DNA from: Trichoplax adhaerens
Taxonomy: Eukaryota; Animalia; Placozoa
Assembly: GCF_000150275.1 (NCBI RefSeq)
Contig: NW_002060950.1
Location: forward strand, 918,106-982,105
DNA: 64,000 nt
Direction of reading: 5' to 3'
In this document: positions 12,571 to 24,079 of the stretch, one piece after another
Numbering within the stretch: the stretch's first letter is position 1
Layout of the letters: each line of letters opens with the position of its first letter
Made by a program: the position numbers and the translations under genes
The notes under the pieces: model-generated
The model's input: only the letters and a program-made list of their open reading frames with translations
Databases searched by the model: none
Told to the model about the DNA's origin: nothing

Positions 12571-13397
12571 CTGTTATATCACACATGAAGAAAATAGATA
12601 CCCAACTTAATTAGATTATTATTGGCAAACGAGTGCATAAAGAGCAGAAGATAATCTGCGATAAATCAAGTTAGCGTAGAGAATAATATGATAACAAGAG
12701 ATTAATAACACTATTAAACAAAGGTAAAAGATATACAAACTATTCGAATTGACACTAAAGTGTTTAAATTTGCATGTAGACAACATGTATAGACAGATTC
12801 TATAGAGTTTGTATAACGATATTGTTAATTGCTTAAAATTAAATCAAAGTATAATTAGTATAGTTTACTAGTAAAAATTTTGAGAAGATTTAGATGAAAT
12901 CCATTACAGAGGGTAAAGTGCAATTTTGTCCATACACCCCTATTACTAGTATACATAACTTAGCAATAATGAATCTAAATCCTTTGGCTCTACTAACTAA
13001 ATGCCATTAGTAACAACTAGCGTATGAGCGTGTACCTGCTTTTGGGTCGATAGCTGCTATTGAAACTGCTAGGAGCTTGCTTCTGAACAAAATATTAGTT
13101 CATGATTGCAATTCACTTCATATGTGTTTTAGACCAATATTGAAATTACTATGGAATAGAACTAATTTTACGATTAAATTCCAGAGATTAACCTTAAATA
13201 GCTAACCGTAATGAACGATTGCATGAAACAGTCAAGTACCACAAGTTATGATAAAAAAATAGCTACGCCGTTGATACAGACAAGAACCCTTCAACTAACT
13301 AAAATCATGCAATCATTTCTAAAGTAATAGACTTGATTGAATTTAATCGACTAACTAGATATAAGATAGGCCATTGAATACTTTAGCTTGATTAAGA

Positions 13398-15626
13398 TTA
13401 CAGTTGACTATCTTTCAATTTGTCAAATAATGTTCTTTCCAGCAATTTCAGGCGTTGATTTGCTTTTTCATCCAAAGTCTGCCGGTGACTTTGTTGAAAG
13501 ATCTGGCTTCCATTCGTCGCTTTATCAAATGTTGTTTTAATCAAAGGTAGTAATGTATTGCCAAGTTGGTCATGATTTAAATAAGTGGATATTAAGTGAA
13601 GTAATCGTTTTTCCATTAAACCGTTATGATCTTTAATCGAATCCCGATTAGAGCTTTTATTCGATGAAGTAGATAATTTACGAATTGTGGATTGAGCCAT
13701 TTGTTGCAATCCTTCAGCGATGTGTATTTTAATATCATGGTCAGTATTAACATTCATAAGTAGATCCCAAAATAAATTTTCGATATATTGCTTCTCTTCT
13801 GGCATCGAAGAGTTTAAAGCTACCAATTGATTAACAGCGGTTCTCTGCAAAATAGCATCATCACTACAGTTTAAAATATTACTCCATCTTATGTGCGCTG
13901 GCCAATGCTTATTATTCATGATATAATTACGGGTTTGCTTAGGTATGGCAATGGATTGTGTCGCCATATTTAACAACTGTTGAACAGCATAATCATCTTT
14001 TAAATTACCACCTTCGATGATAGCGTCAATTAAGAGGACAATCATGGCATCCTTTCGCTCAGTAACAATTAACGATAGAAAAAATTGGGATACATCGATA
14101 CGAAATTTTTCACTAAACATGGCTTTATCTTTCAATTCATACAGTGCTTTACGGCGGAATAAGAAATTGTCATTACATTCAATGAGATATTTAAGATGAT
14201 CATTTCTTAATAGCGATTTATTAATTAATTCTTCGATAATATAATTTTGTAATGCCTGTTGTTGATCTGATGAACCTGATGAGATAGCAATTCGCCATAA
14301 TTTACTGACGATATCCTGTTGTTTAATTTTCTCCTTTGCCCAATAAATCATTGCATCGATTAATTCGTAGGCAATTTCACGATTGGCTGTACGTATATTC
14401 CTTTCCCAACGTTGTAATATAGTATCTTGTAAATCGAGAAAACGCCAGCCTAAATTTTGTAATGATTGTATAATTGTTTTTTTAACATCCATACGATGTC
14501 GACCTTGTAATAAAGCTAAAAATTCACCGATTAAATCTTGAAATAGTGTCGGATGTTGTTGATAATTTAGTTTATCAATAAAATTAACTAAAGCTTTACA
14601 TGCTTCCAAGATGATACGAGCTCGATTTTCTTCTTTTAATACATCCAACATTAATTCAAATTTAGTGGTGCAAAATTTTAAGTTAAATTGATCTTGGAAA
14701 GCTTTTGCTACCGTCAATAGACGCAATGTTGATATCAATGTCAATCTTTGATCGACTGCATTTAAGTCGCTATCCCTTACTAAGAGAATATCATTACGAA
14801 TTAATGATTCAACAGTAATGGTTTGCAATCGCTTATGAGGGGTTTCGGTTAGGATATTTTCAGCTAATTGCGATGCATCATAAAAAAGGGAATAATCATA
14901 AGGGTAAGGATATCCTTCATCGGATGATGCGCAACAAATGGTTTGGATACTTGTAATTCGTGTAATAATCTCTTCTTTATCATCTAAGCTATATTTATTT
15001 AATTTAATATTATAGAGTAATGCTTGGATCGCTAAAGCTTTACTTTGGCGTGTTTTCCCAGTCAATAATAATTGTAGATATAACGTAGGGAAATGATTTT
15101 GCTCACCCGATGGTATTTTATCCGCTACTCGAAATATTTTGTCATCATCATACCAATGATCGATAATCTCTCCTACCTGTGCATAATTCTGCACCAGATA
15201 TCCCACGATAGTATTACGTAAGCCACAAAAATCCAAGTTAACTTCATTTTGGATGCGATCTAAGAATAAGCCTACAACCATTTCCTGGATACTTTTAGGG
15301 GTTGCATTATCGTTGGCAATTAATCGAATAGTCATGATGGCACATTGCTCATCCGCTTTTTCATTTGCTTCTAACTCCATCATAGGCTCGTATAATATAA
15401 CTTTACCCCATAGTCGATTAATGATGAACGTTAAATCTTTTTCGTTATATTGACTTTGACGGATCCATGTGATCAACTTTCTTATTTCTGATTTCTCATC
15501 GTTATACCTACCAATTTCAGCCCAATTGATAATATCTTCTAAAGGATTAGAATCCTGATCGTTCATATTGTCAAAGTTTAATTTTTTTCGCTCTTTATTT
15601 TCCAAATGGTTACTTTCATCAGACAT
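13398..15626 (-). CDS. Intronless HEAT/ARM-like alpha-solenoid protein of unknown function; paralog of 284-2917
   Basis: 742-codon ORF with ATG start. Helical repeats (RIILEACKALVNF, DVKKTIIQSLQNL, FRRKALYELK). Shared motifs with the 877-aa ORF. Confidence 0.85.
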   Translation of the reverse strand: MSDESNHLENKERKKLNFDNMNDQDSNPLEDIINWAEIGRYNDEKSEIRKLITWIRQSQYNEKDLTFIINRLWGKVILYEPMMELEANEKADEQCAIMTIRLIANDNATPKSIQEMVVGLFLDRIQNEVNLDFCGLRNTIVGYLVQNYAQVGEIIDHWYDDDKIFRVADKIPSGEQNHFPTLYLQLLLTGKTRQSKALAIQALLYNIKLNKYSLDDKEEIITRITSIQTICCASSDEGYPYPYDYSLFYDASQLAENILTETPHKRLQTITVESLIRNDILLVRDSDLNAVDQRLTLISTLRLLTVAKAFQDQFNLKFCTTKFELMLDVLKEENRARIILEACKALVNFIDKLNYQQHPTLFQDLIGEFLALLQGRHRMDVKKTIIQSLQNLGWRFLDLQDTILQRWERNIRTANREIAYELIDAMIYWAKEKIKQQDIVSKLWRIAISSGSSDQQQALQNYIIEELINKSLLRNDHLKYLIECNDNFLFRRKALYELKDKAMFSEKFRIDVSQFFLSLIVTERKDAMIVLLIDAIIEGGNLKDDYAVQQLLNMATQSIAIPKQTRNYIMNNKHWPAHIRWSNILNCSDDAILQRTAVNQLVALNSSMPEEKQYIENLFWDLLMNVNTDHDIKIHIAEGLQQMAQSTIRKLSTSSNKSSNRDSIKDHNGLMEKRLLHLISTYLNHDQLGNTLLPLIKTTFDKATNGSQIFQQSHRQTLDEKANQRLKLLERTLFDKLKDSQL

Positions 15627-15647
15627 GTTATTAAAGGAATGAGGCAG

Positions 15648-15963
15648 CTGTGCCCGCTGGATTGAAAATATTTTTCTAGTTTTAAATTTAGTAGAGCACT
15701 TTATGTAAGATAATAAATTGGATTACGCCGTAGAGGATGGATTATATTTTACCGGGAGGAAATTAAAATGATCACTGACTTGCATCAGCGAGTTTAATTA
15801 AAGAATAAGGTAGTAGTGTCCACTGGATTGAAAATGCTTTTTAGTTTTATATTTAGTAGAGCACTTTATATAGTGTAGAAAGTTGGATTTAGATGTAGAA
15901 GGTGGGCTATATTTTCAGGAAAGGAAATTAAAAGGATTACTGAGTTGTATAAGCAAGTTTAAT
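15648..15963 (+). repeat. Two-copy direct repeat (~170 bp) immediately upstream of the 742-aa gene, LRR-like in translation
   Basis: CTGGATTGAAAAT...ATTTAGTAGAGCACTTTAT...AGGAAATTAAAA occurs twice. 15661 translates IENIFLVLNLVEHFM*DNKL. Confidence 0.65.
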
Positions 15964-17619
15964 CTTGAATGAAATAAACAAGTATTGAGATCTTATCGAT
16001 TAATAAAAGTTTGGCTAAAGATTGTTATTCAGTGATCACTTGGATGAATTAATGTTTTAGCTATTTTCTTGTAGCTGTTTACCTATAATCGCTCCGTGTA
16101 AAAGTAAGATGATTGGAAAAAACTCATTCACTTCAGGCAAGGAGGAATCTGAATGGCTCAGCTTGTATTAGTCTTGTTTATTCTTTGGGTAGCAACCGCC
16201 GAAAATTTTCAACACTTGGCTAGCGATAAGACTGGTAATACGAAACGAGTTCAATTCGTAAATTAATAAACTACTTTTTGAACTTGCGTTAGGATACGAA
16301 ATAACTGACTAGATTAAATTGATGTATTCAAATGAAGAGAATTTAGACGCCCAGTTTTACCTGTTAGATCACAATAAAAGTCTTTCTACCGATGCTGTCA
16401 AGGCTTTTGTGGTTTTAATGCTAGCCTAGATTAATGAAGAAGAACAGACAATTTCCTGAGGTAGAAAAATTGAGAAATAGCATCCAGGGTGGGGCATCGA
16501 AGAGGAGACTTTTTCCTGCCGTTCTACGTTAAAATGATTGAATAGTGGCGCGTGGAAACCTAGTTGGCGCTTTTACCTTCTACATAACCACTGACTAATC
16601 TCGAATGAGAGCAGAAAAGGGAAAGAATGGAAGTAAGATGATAGATTTAAAGATGTTGGGAGGGATTAAAGATTCTTCATATCTATTGTCATGGTCGTGT
16701 AATTTTTTCGAGGACAAAAGCAAATCCGTAAGCGGTCCTACAGCAACATTGGGCTTGTCTATTACATCCATTTATTATTGTTAAATTTAGATTCATGTCG
16801 TTTTTAGTTATGCATAGAAGGATTCAAGCTCTGTTTGCCTTGTCTTGTGTTTTTTTGAATTTTCAGCATTTGAATTATAACAGTTATGTTATTGTTTTAA
16901 TTAATAAGTCAGAGTAGTCACCACTAGTTGTGAAGATGAAATTGGCATAATTATGAAATCAAATAATAACATCACACTGTCTAGGTTGGACAAATGGGTT
17001 CATGTTGCAAAGAATCAATTGCTTACCCCATGTGAGGGCAGATCATGTCCAGACATTTGGAACTAATATTAAATAAATGGATATTATTTAGTTGAGATAT
17101 ATAAAGGAAGACAAATAAGGCTTTGGTCAAAGAATTTCGACTGCTTGTATTCTTTGAAAAGAAATCACAAATAGTTACTGATTGATTTCTATGATGACTG
17201 GTAATCTTAGTTTGTTTTTGGCTTAAAATTGCGAGCAGGAAATAGAAATCTGATTATAAACGTAAAACGGGAAAATACGGTGAAATAGACAATAAATTTC
17301 AATCCTGTACTAAATTTTTAGTAACCGCGGTTGGCGGCTATAATTTTTTTGATGCTTCTATATCATCTACTATCAGTTACGCTACGCGAAAAGTACGCGT
17401 ATCAAGACTGTAGAGCATTTCCTTAAGTGATATCGATTGAGATTAATATGTAGAGACCTTTTATTCTTTATTACAAATCGTAGCAATTCTTTATTAATTC
17501 TAGTTATAATATCGATCATTTTTTTAGTCATTGTACTTAATAATGATATCCATGTTCTAGCGGAAGCTGTAGTTCGCTGAAAGATGACGGAGGGGGGCAA
17601 GACTGAAACCATTACATTA

Positions 17620-19900
17620 CCTAATCGACTGGAAAATCGATTCCATAAGTATATATAGGCTATCCTGTACGATTTGCAGTAACCGATAGTGTACTAATTC
17701 CTTGTCTGGACGATTAATATGAAGTTGCATTTTGATGAAAATTATTTCTTCGTCTAATCGAGTTAGAGGCGGATTTTACTGGCGTTTATGACCTCTATCC
17801 ATCGATCAATAGTTGTGTACCGTAACTGTATATTGGGTCGATAGTTTACATGAAGTAGGCTATTAAGGGAAATTATTTCAACTTACAATTATGTTGCAAT
17901 GTTAATGCAACATAACTGTCAATAAGTAGATAAAATTTCCCTCATATCAATATTCATTTCTCTGTTGATTTGCGTTCGAATATGCCGCAAATGTTAGGAG
18001 TCAAAATAGAAATTTTAGCACATAGTTTTGAAAATTAAATTTACGTACCGTTTGCAATATTGTAATGGCATTTTAACTAGAAGTAACTCGATTACAACTT
18101 GACTTGAGTCAAGGATAAAGGCAATCAAAAGCGAATTTATTCCGTTTCACAATTTCATGAAGCTTATAGTCGTCTTCTGATTTATTGCCATAATCTAATT
18201 CTATGTTTTGGTCTAATTATAATATTTTTGATATTAACTATCAATAAATTCCTCCTTCGTTGTGAAGTTCACAGTATGATTAGGATTTTTGGGTCAGAAA
18301 GTAAAGTAAGCATTGCCTTTCTTGTCTGGTCGAACTATTTGTAATGATTCTAGTCAGTAATAAACTTCAAGGCACCATCGCTATAAACGAAGACATTGAA
18401 CAAAATTGGTCGACCTAAGGTACACTTCACGTTTTGCCACTACAAATTTGAGAATCCCCACAAAAACTTTGGATCGTATCGATTTCCAAATGTCCAAGCT
18501 AAAATTTATATACGAACAAGGAAATTTCTGCGATATGTGTGTTTCGAATATATTACGAAATGACAATGAATAGATTATATTGCTAATATACAAAGTAAAG
18601 AGATGTTAATTCTACTGTCGGCCAAAGGTACAGTTACGGTACAGTATATTCAATTTTGAGTTTTCAAATTGCAAGAAACTTTAAAACGTAAACGCTCTTC
18701 GTTCATCACGCTACACTCGCTAAATATTCTAGTTGTGTAGTTAATATACAGGTGTATTGTAGTAAAGGTAAGTTAACTTATTTTTTATGCAGTGATGAAT
18801 TATATCGTGATAGAAAGCCCCTTCAACTTTTCGAATAAGCAGACTATGTTACTTTCTTTCGTAAATATCGTAATCATGAACCTTCTTATTATGTTCGTGG
18901 TAGCTTAGAAAATTATTACTCTAGAATCGTTTATTGATCAATTAGTAAATCGTATTTATACATCTCCAAGATTACTTAGCTCATGGTTTACTTAACTTGT
19001 GATTTACAAGTGAAATAAGTATATCTATATCTACAGTATTACAGCATATAGTGAAATTATGTCATATCTATAATCAAGAGTAATTTCACAATCTAAGTAG
19101 TCTAAGGTAAATCCTAACAAGTACCGCTATCATCCAAATATATAACATTTCTGATACTAGAGAGCCTGCAATCGTTGGTCAATACTATCTAATAAACATT
19201 GTAAACAACCTCAAGCTAACTTGCCCTAGTATGAATACATAAGTATATATGCTCTTCTTCACCATAATCAAGTATTAAGAGATTCTCCGGTGTATAGTAC
19301 ATCTCAAATTGCCTTCAACGGCACAGAAAGTACCTCGAAATTGATTAAATCAAGCTAGTATTATATTTTATGGTATATAAAGTAAACTAGAAAGCGAAGC
19401 GTGAAGGTAAAGCAAAGCAAGATTTAGACATATATGTCCACATTAACAATTAGGTGAAAATGGATTTAGAGATTTGTATAATCCATTAAATCGATGAGAA
19501 TTATAGATACTTTTATATACGAGAATATAATTATAAAGATGATGAACAGTGAATAGTAATTTATAACCTACTTTCAGTAATCTTATGAGTTGCATGCTTC
19601 TTACTTAGTATAATCAATTGCAGTATCGCGATTCTATTACGTTACTCTCGCTCTTATAATCTTAAATGAATTTTCCTCAATAATAATTACCGTACTTTAA
19701 AGACGATAGAATAATTCTCCAGTAGTAATTATATTTGGTAATTCTTCCATGGTATAATGAATGCAACATCTTTACGAATATCACTCCAATAATGCTATTA
19801 TTCTCTATTCTCTTATTATAATCGCTATGTAAGGTGAATGTTGTATACTAAGAACTACTAATTAATTTAGAACTGCAGAATTTAGAGAATAAATAATCAT
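17620..19900 (+). pseudogene. Decayed leucine-rich-repeat gene relic(s)
   Basis: KIEILAHSFEN* (18003), FHNLSSLR*I (19084), LLHHNQV, PTFSNL (19567), YNQLQY and NLK*IFLNNNY (19658), all on the + strand, with frequent stops and frameshifts. Confidence 0.65.
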
Positions 19901-20134
19901 TTCATCATTATGTTTATCGTTACTTTTGTATTTTCTGGCATATGTGTTATATAGATCGTATTGCAGTAAAATATATTGCGTTGACATATGGTTTAGAGAC
20001 AAAGAAATAACTTTAAATGAAACGATCATATCGATCATTTGGAAAGCTATTTAAGGTTGTAGTTTCTGTCGAATAGAGCATTAGTGTCTACTTCCGCAAT
20101 CTCATGCTCTCAATTTTTTGTTGTATATTGAAAC

Positions 20135-22678
20135 ATGCCGAAGGAATCTATCAAACTGACTGTTCCTGATGAAATCCAATCTGTTTACCGAAAAGGTGTG
20201 AAATTTCAGCAAGAAGGAAATGATGAACAGGCGCTATTCTATTACAAAAATGCTATTACAAGAATCCAATCCATATCCAAGAATAGTGATAATAATCACC
20301 TTCACCTTGAACTTGATATTTATATCGAAATGACTGATTGCTACATAAATCAATATGAATTGATGGAAGCCGGCAAATGGAATGGAAAAGCAGAGAAATT
20401 TGCCAAGCAACTACAAGATGAAGTGAAAATTTCAAATTGCTTAGATAGGCAGGGGCGTATTAAACGATTGCAAGGTAATTTGAATGAAGCTTTAAGTGAT
20501 TTGAACAAATCGCTTGAAAATAAATTAAAACATTTAGGAACTGAAGATATCAGTATCAGTTATACTTATCACAACATTGGAAGTGTCTATGGTGATCAAG
20601 GCAAATATGGTGATGCTCTATTAATGCATAACAAATCACTCAAGATTAGACTAGCACAACTTGGTGATAATCATCCTGAAGTTGCTATAACATATGACAA
20701 TATTGCTCTTGTCTATGGTAATCAAGGCAAGTACGATGAAGCTCTGTCAATGCATAACAAATCGCTCAAGATTAGGCTTACACAAATTGGCGATAATTAT
20801 CCAATTATTGCTACAACATATAACAACATTGCGCTTGTTTATGATGATCAAGGCAAGCATGATGATGCTCTATCAATGTATAAAAAATCACTCAAGATTC
20901 AAAAAGCACAACTTGGTGATAATCATCCAAGTATTGCTTTAACGTATAACAGCATTGCACTTGTCTATATTGATCAAGGCAAGTATGATAGCGCTCTATC
21001 ATTATGCAATAAATCACTCAAGATTCAGCTAGCACAACTTAGTAACAATCATCCAAGTATTGCTGAAACATATAACAACATTGCAAGTGTCTATAATCGT
21101 CAAATTAAGCATGATAACGCTCTATCAATGTATAACCAATCACTCAAGATTCGACTAGTACAATTTAGTGACAACCATCTAAGTATTGCTGCAACATATA
21201 ATAAAATTGCAAATATTCACAAAGATCAAGGCAAATATGATGACGCTTTATCAATGCATAAAAAATCACTCAAGATTCAATTAGCGCAACTTGGTGACAA
21301 TCATCGTGATATTGCTACAACATATAACGACATTGCAAATGTCCATTATCATCAAGGCAAGTATGATGACGCTCTATCAGTATATAACAAATCGCTTAAG
21401 ATTATACTAACACAACTTGACGATAATCATCCAATTATTGCCACGATATATTACAACATTGCAAATGCTTATGCTGATCAAGGCAACTATGATGAAGCTT
21501 TATTAATGTATAATAAATCACTTAAAATTCGAAAAGCTATTCTTACTGATAAGTATCCAAGCATTGCTAAAACATATGACAACATTGGAAATGTGTATGA
21601 TGGTCAAGACAAGTATGATGGCATTCTACCAATGTATAATAAATCATTCAAGATTAGACAAACTAATCTTGGCCATAAGCGTGCACGTATTACGACAACA
21701 TATAACAACGTTGCTCTTGTCTATGATGATCAAGGCAAGCATGATGACGCTCTTTCAGTGTATACTAAATCACTCAAGATTAGATTAGCACAGTTTGATG
21801 GCGATTATCCAAATGTTGCTACAACATACAACAATATTGCGCTTGTCCATGCTGATCAAGGCAAGTATGATAACGCTTTATCAATGTTGAATAAATCGCT
21901 GGAGATTAAATTAGCAAGACTTGGTGGCAATCATCCTGATATTGCTATAATATATAACAACATTGCACTTGTCTATATAGATCAAAAGAAGTATAATGAT
22001 GCTCTATCAATGTGTAATAAATCACTCCAGATTCAACTAGCACAACTTGGTAACAATCATATCGATGTTGCTACAACATATAACTACATTGCAAATATCT
22101 ATCATCATCAAAGCAAGTATGATGACGCACTATCAATGTATAATAAATCACTCAAGATTAGACTAACAAAGCTTGGTGATAATCATTCAAGTATTGCCTC
22201 CACATATATCAACATTGCAAGTGTCTATCATCATCAACGCAAGTATGATAACGCTCTAATAGTATTGAATAAATCACTGAAAATTACATTAGCAAAACTT
22301 GGTGATAATCATCCAAGTATTGCTGCAATATATAATAATATTGCAAACGCCTATCAAGAGCAAAAGAAATACGACGATGCTCTACTCATGTATAACAAGT
22401 CATTGCAAGTTTCTTTAGCAACAGTCGGTGAGAATCATCTTAATACTGAGCAATCCTATCGAAATCAAGCTATAGTTCATCATCAACAGTCGAACTATAG
22501 TCAAGCAATAGCATTCTATCGAAAGTCTAGCAATACTCTACGCAATCTCTACGGAGAAAATCATCCGCAAATCCTCCTCAATGCGAAGCAGATTGCTGAA
22601 TGTTCCAAACAACTGCAAGAAAACAAAGATACAGGTAATCAATCAGCTATCCTACCATTCCACACCATCATCAGGTGA
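20135..22678 (+). CDS. Intronless TPR-array protein (about 16 copies of a 42-aa kinesin-light-chain/nephrocystin-3-type TPR)
   Basis: 847-aa ORF with 126-bp repeats, consensus IATTYNNIAxVYxxQGKYDDALSMYNKSLKIxLAQLGDNHPS, plus a more divergent TPR-like N-terminus. No NTPase P-loop seen. Confidence 0.95.
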   Translation: MPKESIKLTVPDEIQSVYRKGVKFQQEGNDEQALFYYKNAITRIQSISKNSDNNHLHLELDIYIEMTDCYINQYELMEAGKWNGKAEKFAKQLQDEVKISNCLDRQGRIKRLQGNLNEALSDLNKSLENKLKHLGTEDISISYTYHNIGSVYGDQGKYGDALLMHNKSLKIRLAQLGDNHPEVAITYDNIALVYGNQGKYDEALSMHNKSLKIRLTQIGDNYPIIATTYNNIALVYDDQGKHDDALSMYKKSLKIQKAQLGDNHPSIALTYNSIALVYIDQGKYDSALSLCNKSLKIQLAQLSNNHPSIAETYNNIASVYNRQIKHDNALSMYNQSLKIRLVQFSDNHLSIAATYNKIANIHKDQGKYDDALSMHKKSLKIQLAQLGDNHRDIATTYNDIANVHYHQGKYDDALSVYNKSLKIILTQLDDNHPIIATIYYNIANAYADQGNYDEALLMYNKSLKIRKAILTDKYPSIAKTYDNIGNVYDGQDKYDGILPMYNKSFKIRQTNLGHKRARITTTYNNVALVYDDQGKHDDALSVYTKSLKIRLAQFDGDYPNVATTYNNIALVHADQGKYDNALSMLNKSLEIKLARLGGNHPDIAIIYNNIALVYIDQKKYNDALSMCNKSLQIQLAQLGNNHIDVATTYNYIANIYHHQSKYDDALSMYNKSLKIRLTKLGDNHSSIASTYINIASVYHHQRKYDNALIVLNKSLKITLAKLGDNHPSIAAIYNNIANAYQEQKKYDDALLMYNKSLQVSLATVGENHLNTEQSYRNQAIVHHQQSNYSQAIAFYRKSSNTLRNLYGENHPQILLNAKQIAECSKQLQENKDTGNQSAILPFHTIIR

Positions 22679-24079
22679 CTAGTGCATTTTAGTGCTAACT
22701 TTCTTATTTTGGTCAATAGAAAAAGAAAATAAAAATAAAAATAAAAATGAAAAAGAAGAAGTAGATGGTAAGTCTATATACAGTATTAAATCAAAGCACT
22801 ATTAAGCTTAGTTGGAAGGACAAGTTGAAAGTAAAATCGAGTAGCGATAGTTTTAGTTGTTTTTTTAATTTTGGAATGAAAGTTATCGTATTTTTTTGTC
22901 AAAATACGATATTATCTTGGATTAATTCTACCCATACTAGAGTTACAATCAATTGCAACCAATAATTCGACCATAGAGGATCTAATCATTCAAACTTATT
23001 AAAATACTATTTTGTTTTTGGTCTCTCTTTCCACTAATCGTTCAGAGGAATAGTGCTTGAAGTATTTCGTTTAGAAAGAGAAATAACTTATGTGAAATGC
23101 TACCTGTTGTCTGCATAGCAACACTTCTGTTACGAATAAAATGAGCATTGAAGTAGCGATACGAGTATATGATTAAAACTCTCCCAAACAATAAGACAAC
23201 AAGGTCATTTTGAGTTATTGTGCTAGTTGTGAAAAGAATATTATTTCTTTTCATCGAAATGCATCGATCATTCTTCACAAAATAAGGCTTGAAAAGGATC
23301 GTATCAGCAATTAAATGATCTCAAACAGAAAATTAGTTATACACATATGCAATATAAAAGTTAAACAATATCTGTTTGAACCGATGTAGATTAGTTACAC
23401 AGTAAAGATGTAACCACTATATCATTTATTTTGCAGATACTCCTGATAGCATTGGCATTGGCATTGGCAATCATCAAGGATCATTTCATTTAAAGACGGT
23501 ATCTGATTGCATTTCTCGTTAAAATAAAAGAATAAAAGTACATGTGGTGAGTGGAAATCTATATAATATAAGTTGATATTATACATTCAGTTTTATCATT
23601 CACTAAATGCGAGGACCGAATATCTAATATCTATTGTAGATGCTGCTGAATCACGTTCAATAACATAGATAATACAGTGCAGTGCAGTAGTTATATAAAG
23701 ATATTTTACAGCAGATAGAAACAAAGTTATACCTTATTTTCATGCAGTATGATAGTTATTGGATCTCGCAAAGCATCAGGGAAGATACGTGTATGAATAA
23801 CATCTCATTCTTAATTCTCTCTATATCTTCACTACCCCTTGTATCACTTTTTGGAGATTGCAAATAGAATTGGTATAGATTGCACAAGAATGGCTGCAAT
23901 TCAGATCTATCCATCGATATTGATATAATCAAAGGTCGAGAGTGAGATTTTCGATCGAACAAAGAAATTTTTCGATATGTGGTTTCTAGAGAGTTATCCG
24001 AACGTTGCTATTGATCAACTTAAGGCAGTTTTGAAACGAATAGATGGAATGATATCATTTCAGTTATTATCTCTACTAA

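Noticed and set aside
14017-21788. ORFs 14017-14199, 15253-15453, 20694-20942 and 21564-21788
   Set aside because: Antisense or alternate-frame shadows of the real long ORFs.
284-22678. Bacterial or endosymbiont origin of the intronless genes
   Set aside because: No operon-like density, ribosome-binding sites or bacterial genes. Composition matches the flanking animal DNA and the spacers are long and decayed.
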